Assembly (NCBI RefSeq): GCF_006345805.1
Contig: NC_043010.1
Coordinates: 36,022,001 to 36,086,000 of the forward strand
Length of the DNA: 64,000 nt
Direction of reading: 5' to 3'
Origin: Octopus sinensis
Taxonomy: Eukaryota
Program-made: the position numbers and the translations under genes
In this document: piece after piece, positions 50,701 through 59,335 of the stretch
How positions within the stretch are numbered: position 1 is the first letter of the stretch
Layout of the letters: the number at the start of each line of letters is the position of its first letter
Notes under the pieces: model-generated
Database searches by the model: none
The model's input: the letters and a program-made list of their open reading frames with translations, nothing else
Told to the model about the DNA's origin: nothing

Positions 50701-53700
50701 TCTGCTCCGATTGCAGATCAAACTTCTATATCACACAGTTATGTTTGTGCCCTTTCATAGTTGCATATATTTAAAGTTATGTTCAACACCTGGTTTAAAT
50801 TTTGCCTTTCATCCTTTTAGGAGTTGATAAAATAAGTTCCAGATGGATTGAGAGTGATTGAATCACCCACAATCCTCCTCTAAAAATTGTGGTTTCCTGC
50901 CAAATTTAGAAACCATTATTACAGGTGTGCTTGTGTGGTTTAGAAGTTGGCTTCCTAATCACATGGGTTCAGGTTCAGTCCCACTGAATGGCACCCAGAA
51001 CAAATGTCTACTATTATAACCTGAGGTCGTCCAATGCCTTTGTGAGTAGATTTGGTAGATAGAAACTGAAATAAGGCTGTAAGCTGGCAGAAACATTAGC
51101 ACATCGGGCGAAATGCTTAGTGGTATTTCGTCTGCCATTATGTTCTGAGTTCAAATTCCGCCAAGGTTGACTTTGCCTTTCATCCTTTCGGGGTTGATAA
51201 ATTAAGTACCAGTTACATACTGAGGTCAATCTAATCGACTTAATCCCTTTGTCTGTCCTTGTTTGTCCCCGCTATGTTTAGCCCCTTGTGGATAATAAAG
51301 AAATAGGAAACTGAAAAAAAGCCTTAGTCTAAATGTGCACATGTGTGTGTGTGAAGGCGGGGAGAGAGTACGTGTATGTTCGTGCCTCATCTTGATAGAA
51401 TTTGATGGTTGTAAAATGATTATCATTATCATGCAAGCAGTAACATTCATTTCTGATATTCTATGAAAACTCGTCTGACCATGGTGAAATATTACCTTGC
51501 TTGGAAACAGATGAGGGTTGGTGAGAGGAAAGGCATCCAGCTGTAGAAAATCTGCCTCAATAAACTCTGCCTGACCCATGCAAGTATGGAAGAGTGGTCA
51601 TGAAACTGATGATGATGATATATGCTTATAGAGAAGGCTGGAAGAGAAAGAGAGTGAGAAAAATGGAAAAGATAAAGAAAAGCAGTATGAGAAGTGATGA
51701 AGAGAAAGGCAGAGAAGAGGAGACAAAATGATGGAGCGGGGGGGAGAAAATGGGGTGATGTAAGATGGAAGAGAAAGATGAAGAAAAGTGAAAATGAGGA
51801 AGGGATGAGACAGGCAAGAAAGAGAAATGGAGAGATGGGCTTAGAGGCCAGGAGATGATAAGCGTGAAACATTATTCATAGATGATGTCAGACAATGCAG
51901 GAGAGAAAAGCAACCGAGTAAATTACATTCACTCAAGACATAAAAAAAAAAACAAATTACCACTACTAACCTAACTGTACAATGCACCAATTTGGCTCTC
52001 CGATATCAAATGCTTGCCAACCATCCATGGGTTGCTGGTCGAGATTCCTAATTCTGCTTTCCTTCCACTGAGGTTTTGCAGTCTGGGACAAAATATACTT
52101 AATGTTATTATTAGAAACAATTATTATTATTATTATTATTATTAAACCTTTCGTTACCAACCCGGCTGAAACCGGCTCTGGCTCTGTAGTACAAATGACT
52201 TGTTTTCATAAGTTCGGAATTAAAATCTTCCACGAAACCTTAGTCACACTTTATGCTCCTAACACTAGCTAAATGATAACTAAGTTATTTTACTAAATTC
52301 TTTGTTATATTTAAAGTAATTGAAAGAAACGCAGAGCATCTCAAAATAAATACAGTAACAAAAGGGTTAAAGGCATTGAAGTGGCAAAATTGTTAGGGTG
52401 TTTAACAACATTTCATCCGTCTTTACATTCTGAATTCAAATTCCGCTGAGGTCAACTTTACCTTTCATTCTTACAGAGTCAATGAAATAAGTACCAGTTG
52501 AGCACTGGGGTTGATATAATCGACTAGTCCCCGCCCTCAAAATTTCAGGCCTTGTACCTATAGCAGAAATCATTATCATTATTCTTATTATTATTATTGT
52601 CATTTTGAGTTTAAATCCTGTGAAGGTCAACTTTGCCTTTCATCCTCTCAGGCTCAATAAAACACATACCAACCAAATACTGGGGTCGATGTCATCAACT
52701 TTCCTCACTCCCTTCAAATTTACTGGCCTGGTACCAAAATTATTATTATTATTATTATTGTTATTATTATCAAGATGGCATGCTGGCGTTAGGAAGGGCA
52801 TCCAACCATAGAAATCATGCCAAATCAGACTAGAACTTGGTGTAACTCTCCAGCTTATCAGTTCTAGTCAAACCAGCTAACCCACGCCAGCATGGAAAGC
52901 AGATGCTAAACTAGAAAACCACTCAGAGAGTGCAGACCTCTTGGAAATAGCAACGCCACCATAGGTTATGTGGAAACGATGAACGTGTTTTCAAGGGAGA
53001 TAATCAAAGAACGTAACATTGCAAAGGAAATATAACAAATGAAAAATCCTTATAGAATCCATAAATCACTACCAAAATTTCATGATCTGTTCCTTGTGTC
53101 ATTACCAACATTTCCTGCAAGTTTCATCAAATATCGTTCACAACCTTTTGAGTTATTTTGCACACAGACGGACAAACCAAACACGATGCAAACATAACCT
53201 CCTTCCTTGGTAGAGGTAATGATTATTATTATTATTATTAAGATGGCATGCTGATAGAATTATTAGAGCTTTGAACATAATACTTCATGATATTTCCGGT
53301 GCTTTATGTTCTGAGCTCAGACTCTGCCAGGGGGGAATTTGCCTTTCATCTTTTCCTTCTATTTTTTTTCCTAATATGCCCTTCTTCCTTTGAATAAGCA
53401 ATTTTAAAATTTTGCAAAAAAAAAAAACCTCTGCTCCACATTTACAGACAGTAGTGCCATTTTCCTATCTATTACCAAAGAATCTATTAGAAGAAAACTA
53501 GTTATTTCTCACTGCAAGAACACATAAATTACAGAATAACAGGTGTTACCTTTAAGAGATTTCCCACGCTGTTAGCAATTTCACTGGTTGCATATTGGAT
53601 CTTCCCACCAATCTGAAACAGAAGCAAATAAAATAACTATTAAGATTTTCAACTTAAAATATCAGATGTTACAAGCGTTGTTATGTAGTTAAGAAGCTTG

Positions 53701-56700
53701 CTTCCTAAGCATGTGGTTTCAGGTTCAATTCCACTGTGTTAGCAGCTTGGGTAAATGTTTTCTAATATGACCCTAGATCAACCAAAGCATTGAGTGGATT
53801 TGGTAGATGGAAACTGAAAGAAGCCCTATGTGTGTGTGTGTGTGTGTGTGTGTGTATACATACATTTACACACATACACACTTGTACCACATTAAAAGCA
53901 CCCAGTACATTCTATGGAGTGGTTGGCATTAGGAAGGACATCCAGCCATAGAAACCAAGCCAAAACAGACAATGGACCCTGGTGTGGCCCTTGACCTCAC
54001 CAGCTCCAGTCAAACGACCCAATCCATGCCAGCACAGAAAATGGATATTAAATGATGATGACTACACACACACACTCATATATACGTGTGTGTGTGTGCG
54101 TGTGTGTGTGCGTGTGTGTGTGTGTGTGTGTTTTGACAATATGCAATGGTTGTAAATGAACATCATACAATTGATGCTGTTCGTTTCCAATATTCTGCAG
54201 AAACATGTCTAACTATGGGAAAGTATTACATTGATAGGAAACAAGTGATGGTTAGGAACAGGAAGAGCATCCAGCAATAGAAAGCCTGCCTGAACAAATT
54301 CCACCTGACCCCTGCAAGCATGGAAAAGTGGACGTTAAATGATGATGGTAACAATAAGGACTAACTGAAGAGAGAAAAAAACTATAGACCCTATGATGGA
54401 GCCCCAGCCATGTATTTATCACTGTCTACATTAAACTGGTTCAGATCATGGAGCCTTGATAAGAGTCCTGCATCCTTATCTTGAATGTTTACACAGAGAT
54501 AAGAGAAAAGAAACTAAAAATAAGAAAGAAAACAGGTGAACAATGAAGATGAGAGAAGATCAAAGTAACAGATACACTGTCCAATGACAGAAGGTGACAC
54601 TGACGATCTACTTGACAAGTATGTGACACTTGTAGAAGAAAAAGAGATGAATATATGTGATACTTGAAATTCAAATCTGTTGCAGGGGTTTCATGTTCTA
54701 TCTGGGCAAAAAATTTAATTCTACATACCTCTCATTCAACCTAACTGTTGAAAAATATGTAGCTGACATCAAAGAATGTCACCAACATCAGACCAGTGTT
54801 TTATCTAATTAGAACCATAATTTGGATCCAATCCCGCTATATGGCCTCACAGGTAAGTCTCTTCTACCCATACTGTTACTACCATGTTTAGCTATATAAG
54901 TTACCAAAATAGGTAGATGCCATGTGTAAAGTCAGATTTATTCCTAACAATTCTGCCAGCTTGCCACCTTGAAGCCAGCTCACAATAATAATAATTATTA
55001 TTATGATTTCAAATTTTAACACAAGGCCAGTAGTTTCAAGGAAGAGGATAAGTCAATTGCATCAACTGGTACATATTTTATCGACCCCAAAAAGATGAAA
55101 GGCAATGTTGACCTTGACAGAATTTGAACTTAGAATGTAGCAGCAGACAAAATACTGCTAAGCATTTCATCCGGCTTGCTAACGATTCTGCCAGCTTGCC
55201 ATCTTAATAATAATAATTATTTCTACTCTAGGCACAAGGACTTTGAAATTTCGTGGGGAAGGGGGATAGTCGATTACATCGACCCCAGTGCATTCATCAT
55301 CATCATCATCATCATCGTTTAACGTCCGCTTTCCGCGCTAGCACGGGTTGGACGGTTTGACCGGGGTCTGGGAAGCCAGGGGCCGCTCCAGGCCCCAGTC
55401 TGATTTGGCAGAGTTTCTACGGCTGGATGCCCTTCCTAACGCCAACCACTCCGTGAGTGGATTGGGTGCTTTTTACGTGCCCCCTGCACAGGGGCCGGGG
55501 GGTCCGGCATTGGTCGCGATCGGTTCGAGCTTTTAACGTGCCAGCGGCACGGGGGCAACTGGGTCCGGGGTACTTGGGGATCCGGGGTACTTTGGGGATC
55601 TGGGGTACTTTGGGGATCCGGGGTACTTTGAATGGGTAGGGGGTATGTGGAATTGCTGCAGAAAGCAGCCCGGGTCTTTGCAGTCACAGCATATCTCCAG
55701 AGATCTCGGTCTTTTGCCATTGCCTCAGTGAGGCCCAATGCTCTGAGGTCATGCTTGACTACCTCATCCCATGTCTTCCTGGGTCTACCTCTCCCCCTGA
55801 TACCTTCAACTGTTTGGGAGTGGCACTTCTTCACACATCTCTCTTCATCCATCCGCAGCACATGACCATACCATCGCAAGCGTCGCTCTTGCACACCACA
55901 TCTGATGCTTCTTATATCCAGCATTTCTCTTAGGATGCTTACACTCTGTCTTGCATGCACACTGACACTACACATCCAGCGGATCATGCTAGCTTCATTT
56001 CTTTCAAGTCTACGCATGTCCTCTGCAGTCACTGCCAATGTTTCATTACCGTGAAGCATGGCAGTTCGCACACATGCATCATACAATCTACCTTTCGCTC
56101 TGAGGGAGAGACCTTTTGTTGCCAGTAGGGGTAGGAGCTTTCTGAACTTTGCCCAGGCTATTCGTATTCTAGTGGTGATACTCTCTGTGCATCCACCTCC
56201 GCTACTAACTTGGTCACCCAGGTAGCGGAAACTATCAACTACTTCTAGTTTTACTAGTACATATTTCATTGATAATGATAACAATGGTTTCAAATTTTGG
56301 CACAAGGCCAGCAATTTCAGGGGAGGAGGCAAGTCAACTATATCAACCCCAGTGCTCAAACTGGTACTTATTTTATTGACCCCGAAAGGATGAAAAGCAA
56401 AGACAACCCTGGTGGAATTTAAACTCAGATGCTAACACATCTGCCAGCTTGCCACTTTAATAATAATAATAATGATAATTTCTAACAAAAATATAAGACC
56501 AGAAACTTGAAGGAGAGGAGTTAATTCACTAAATCAACACTAATAATTAACTTGTGCTTTATTTTATCGACTTCGAAAGGATGAAAAGGGAAAATGATAA
56601 AATGACCTTTGCAGAATTTGAACTCAGAATGTAAGAGTGAGAACTTTGCCTTTCATCCTTAACCCCTTAATGGATTATCCCAAGTTTACTCGTGCATCAC

Positions 56701-58604
56701 AAATGAATCTTTTTAGAACCAGACGAGTATACTCGGTTAAAATTAACTTTTAGTTTTAGCACTCAAGAGTTTATTTGTTTTGTGTTGTTTCATTTTTGAG
56801 CGATCACGAATTTACTCACGTTGTCGTACGCCTGGCAGCACATATTCTGGTGCCATTTCAAAGAATTTATGCTTCTGAGTTTTGAACTTTTACTTCAGTG
56901 CTTACTCAGATTCAGAAGGAGGTTGATGTCATTTTAGAACCATCTCCTTTTGATTCTCTATTATTTATACAAACAAGAGAATTATTGAAGCATTTGTTTT
57001 CCTCAAAAATGGATGAAGATTTAGATATATTCAGCGATCACGAAAGCGATTTTTCATTTCACGATCTGGAAAGCTCTGGGGATGAACTAGACACGTGTAG
57101 TTCAGACTCTGACAATTTTTCAGAAGATGACAAAGAAAATAACCAGATAGATGCACGATCATGGCACGAAATCAATTGCTTGACCGATTCAAAGAGAAAA
57201 CAGATACATGTGTAATGTCTGCAAGATAACTTTGTGTGTAACTCCTTGTTTCAAAAATTATCATTCTAAATAAACTGTCTATCTCATTTTAAAACAATTT
57301 TCCTTTGATTTAAAAGCAATACATCTTATAAAAAAATCGAAGATAGTTAAGTTATATGTATTTTTTCAATGTCCAAGTTAACTCGTTTAAATCCAAATGA
57401 GTAAAAGTACATTTTAATTTCAAAAATAAAAAATAAAGGAAACAAAATAAGAAAAATTTTTTTTTTTGTAATTAACACAATGTATATAATTAAAAAGGGA
57501 AATAAAAAAATATGCTCTGAAATGAAACGCCATGTAAAAATAATTGATCTATTAAGGGCGACAAAAAGTACCAGTCAAATATGACAAATTTTATTGACTC
57601 ATCAAATCTGTAGTCTTTTGCTTCTGTGAGAAACTATTGTTATTATCATAATTGCCCTTGTGGCAAATAAAGAAAGAATTATTATTTTGCTTATTATACG
57701 ATAGGAGCAATTCAGTAAATTATCTCCCTTGAAAAAGCACGGGGAAAAGACTATCTTCGCGTCCCCTTGCAATGAGTTAACCGAGAAACTGTAAAAAAGA
57801 AAAAATAATCGGGCGCAGCGCACACATACACTAGTGATTCACCAATATCAATTATCAGGCAATTAACATATTAATTAACATGACAGAATATAATGTAAGC
57901 AGTTGACAAGTAAATTATTGAAGGGAAATTTAACCACACTAAAGACAAAAAAAAAAGGTGCAAGGGAAATAACCGGGTTGTTACCAAAATATAGACCACG
58001 CCGTCAGCACCAAATCCACTCTGACCTGGCAAGGCTGTGTCCTTCATTTTTTAAAATGGTGAAATGAAACTTGGGCAAGATTTGGCTGCTATTCCTAGAA
58101 ATTCGGGGGAGGACATAGAGGTTCTCTTCTTGGCCCATGAATTGATTTATCTAACATCAGATGGCAATTCCCACTCAGGTTGATGATGTCTTTCATCAAC
58201 CTGCTGTAGATAAAATACATAGCAGGCCAGAACTGGGGAGTAATACAACTGACCTTAATATTCAAAGTGCTGCCCCGGCACGGCCATAGTGCTATGACTA
58301 TAAAGAATAATAGAATCCTTAATAGTCACCATTTTAACATCTACTTTTCCATTTTTGCCTGGATCAGACAAGAGTATGACAGGCAGAGTTTTCTATAGCC
58401 GGTTGTTTTTCTTATCACTAACCCCTGATTGTTTCCCAATTAAATGTGGTAGTAATGTCTCACTCTAGCAATCTGTAAACAGTCCAGCCATGTTTACATG
58501 GAGAACTGAAAAAAAGATAACAAAAAACCAATAAAAGAAACCTTTTGATTACAAAGGTCGTACAATATGCCAAGACATGTCAAGAAGCCCAATCGTGCTT
58601 TCAT
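36665..58604 (-). CDS. ALLC-like: Allantoicase-like protein, highly divergent (11 coding exons, 384 aa; whole-gene span)
   Basis: Exons 58604-58542, 53612-53550, 52082-51971, 49289-49171, 48353-48233, 47335-47265, 42195-42055, 41732-41687, 39768-39710, 38820-38763 and 36966-36665 join through GT-AG introns into one 1155-nt ORF. Motifs IGGKIQYAT, MDGW..NWCIVQLGVPG, WTHVRLNVFSGCGIARLRIYG and WAIYRLACPG follow the order of the allantoicase fold as recalled from known family members. Confidence 0.88.
37492..38109 (-). mobile_element. Mariner 5'-end foldback element in the last ALLC-like intron
   Basis: Inverted arms 37492-37660 and 37891-38071 both contain the transposase start MATPLA..EQRAVIQ. 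The interior encodes an HTH-like VYEWIKKF segment (frameshift near 37828). Terminus TA|caaggagaagtaaaaaattatcc on the right. Confidence 0.8.
38763..38820 (-). CDS. ALLC-like: ALLC-like exon 10 (VELKTGKFPGKFLAFLTID-A)
   Basis: catttcag|GTT...GATG|gtaagg, 58 nt, phase 0/1; aligns to IEIDTxxFxGNxPxxxxVDG. Confidence 0.88.
39710..39768 (-). CDS. ALLC-like: ALLC-like exon 9 (G-NWQEVWAIYRLACPGNISK)
   Basis: tttttccag|GA...AAA|gtaagc, 59 nt, phase 1/0; aligns to EWAVFRLAHPGVITR. Confidence 0.9.
40210..40985 (+). mobile_element. ~550-bp retroposon with (AAT)n tail, interrupted by MITE A; second copy at 13630-14180 minus
   Basis: Both copies share the same 5' start (caggcag.ggctctcat) and 3' tail. 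Confidence 0.65.
41687..41732 (-). CDS. ALLC-like: ALLC-like exon 8 (NDQLPICESQNIFKA-G)
   Basis: cttctag|AAT...GCAG|gtgtgt, 46 nt; supplies the phase 0/1 bridge needed between exons 7 and 9. Confidence 0.78.
42055..42195 (-). CDS. ALLC-like: ALLC-like exon 7 (LLDLLSLMNGSMCIAAS...YQRFSRE)
   Basis: cttacag|CTA...GAG|gtaagc, 141 nt, phase 0/0; DLLSLMNGSMC aligns to DLxSxxNGGVC at the start of repeat 2. Confidence 0.85.
44690..44995 (-). mobile_element. 3' fragment of the same CR1-type LINE family
   Basis: HLFDLHVSNTRGHAYKVRKQHSSHDFRKHFFTLRVAEAWNKL, plus the shared 3' UTR gtagtgcacctgagcactgtacacaat and (ATT)n tail. Confidence 0.9.
45110..45600. repeat. Degenerate ~30-bp minisatellite (catattcagtgcaagtgacctat...) with a unique ~180-bp insert
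   Basis: Unit recurs at ~45120-45240 and ~45435-45580. Confidence 0.6.
45840..46275 (+). mobile_element. tRNA-derived CORE-type SINE (also 2630-3052 minus, 44240-44650 minus, 38880-39400, 58830-59030 and others)
   Basis: A/B-box head tggctgtatggtaag...ggttccgggttcattccc, core cttgggcaagtgtcttctactatagc, internal microsatellite, and tail ending aatgactgaaacaagtaaaag. Confidence 0.75.
47265..47335 (-). CDS. ALLC-like: ALLC-like exon 6 (G-CGIARLRIYGEPWPDLSHVSCDQ)
   Basis: ctctgtcag|GT...CAG|gtgaga, 71 nt, phase 1/0; GIARLRxYG motif. Confidence 0.93.
48233..48353 (-). CDS. ALLC-like: ALLC-like exon 5 (KWEELVPSSSLEPGYLACCHNFFAISHKKPWTHVRLNVFS-G)
   Basis: ttttccag|AAA...TCTG|gtatgt, 121 nt, phase 0/1; WxxLVPxTxLxPG..HNFF..WTHxRLN landmarks. 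Confidence 0.93.
48497..48702. mobile_element. Tc1/mariner-type MITE
   Basis: TIR acaaagggggtgctgaaaaattcctggcttt / aaagccaaaaacttttcagcaccccttgta. Confidence 0.75.
49171..49289 (-). CDS. ALLC-like: ALLC-like exon 4 (G-VPGILHGVEIDTSYFIANHARRISFEGAALESGQISPNT)
   Basis: attag|GT...ACG|gtatat, 119 nt, phase 1/0; aligns to GxIxGxDVDTSxFTGNYAPRVSIQAA. Confidence 0.92.
51971..52082 (-). CDS. ALLC-like: ALLC-like exon 3 (TAKPQWKESRIRNLDQQPMDGWQAFDIGEPNWCIVQL-G)
   Basis: cccag|ACT...TTAG|gttagt, 112 nt, phase 0/1; MDGW and WCIVQLG landmarks. Confidence 0.9.
52142..52370 (+). mobile_element. piggyBac-type MITE family A (also 24721-24950, 40490-40717, 60580-60810)
   Basis: Four ~225-bp copies, TTAA-flanked, TIR ccctttcgttac / gtaacaaaaggg. 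Confidence 0.85.
52910..53220. mobile_element. Helentron/HINE-like non-autonomous element
   Basis: actagaaaa..cactcagagagtgcagacctc start and subterminal ccttggtagaggt end. Confidence 0.4.
53550..53612 (-). CDS. ALLC-like: ALLC-like exon 2 (IGGKIQYATSEIANSVGNLLK)
   Basis: tttcag|ATT...AAG|gtaaca, 63 nt, phase 0/0; aligns to canonical [21 protein letters not shown]. Confidence 0.9.
55295..56248 (-). mobile_element. RTE-clade LINE 3' fragment (RT C-terminus + 3' UTR, (GAT)n tail)
   Basis: FRYLG..RIRIAWAKF..RRLRWYGHVLRM..GRGRPRKTW. 18-bp minisatellite (55566-55630) in the UTR. Inserted inside a SINE. Confidence 0.93.
56659..57558 (+). mobile_element. piggyBac deletion derivative
   Basis: TTAA|ccccttaatggat ... 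atctattaaggg termini; acidic N-terminus (MDEDLDIFSDHESD) next to a C-terminal Cys-rich domain RENRYMCNVCKITLCVTPCFKNYHSK* (~57195-57273). Confidence 0.8.
58542..58604 (-). CDS. ALLC-like: ALLC-like exon 1 (MKARLGFLTCLGILYDLCNQK)
   Basis: ATG plus 63 nt, donor AAG|gtttct, phase 0. LYDLCNQK|IGGK matches the LxDLAxxxxGGK start of allantoicases. An in-frame upstream ATG (MFIYCLLPT) also exists. Confidence 0.62.
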
Positions 58605-58998
58605 AGTGGGCAGCAAGCAGTAAATAAACATAAAAATATAAAACTACAAAAAAAAAAAAAACAAGCAAGCAAAACAAAAAAAAACATTATGAGCTGTCAA
58701 CATTTAAAGAGACTTATGTTGATGTTAAAATACCAGGTCACTCTTGTTTGAGCAGATGTTATGATCAAAGAAATTCCAGCTATGACCATTCTGTTGTATT
58801 TTCAGGAATGTTTATCAGCATATAGACACAGGCGTGACTGTGTGGTAAGAAGTTTGATTTCCAGCCACATGGTTCTGGATTCAGTCCCACTGTGTGGCAC
58901 CTTGAGCAAGTGTCTTCTACTACAGCCTTGGGCCAACCAAAACCTTGAGTGGATTTGGTAGACAGAAACTGATAGAAGCCCATCGTACACACACACAT

Positions 58999-59030
<32 letters not shown>

Positions 59031-59084
59031 GTATGTGTTTTTGTGTCTGTGTTTGTTCCAGTTAAAAGTTTTACATTGGGATAT

Positions 59085-59335
59085 TCAGGTTATTGGTGGA
59101 ACTGGATAGGGCGCTTCCTCAGACTAGATCAAGAAAGCGATTGTATAGTGGTACTAAAGTGGCAACCTGAGGGGAGAAGAGAAGCAGGGTTCCCCTAAAA
59201 CCACATGGCGAAGGACCATTGACAAGGAAAGAAGATGAGAAGGGTGGAGAAGTTGGAATGAGTTAGAACAGTGGCAGAAAACAAAAATGGTTGAAGAGAG
59301 GAAATTAATAAAGCAAGTATTACTCTATGTACATG
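59085..59335 (+). mobile_element. Decayed RTE-type LINE 3' end (different subfamily)
   Basis: WNWIGRFLRL..KWQPEGRR.G/PKTTWRRTI with a frameshift and a stop. Confidence 0.75.

Noticed and set aside
50440-50721. ORF with STGKFLLAW as a candidate GKWMDGW exon
   Set aside because: The real MDGW exon is at 52082-51971.
57720-57835. CpG-rich patch as the ALLC-like promoter
   Set aside because: It ends in a GC hairpin plus CTAG|T typical of a Helitron 3' end and lies downstream of the predicted first coding exon.
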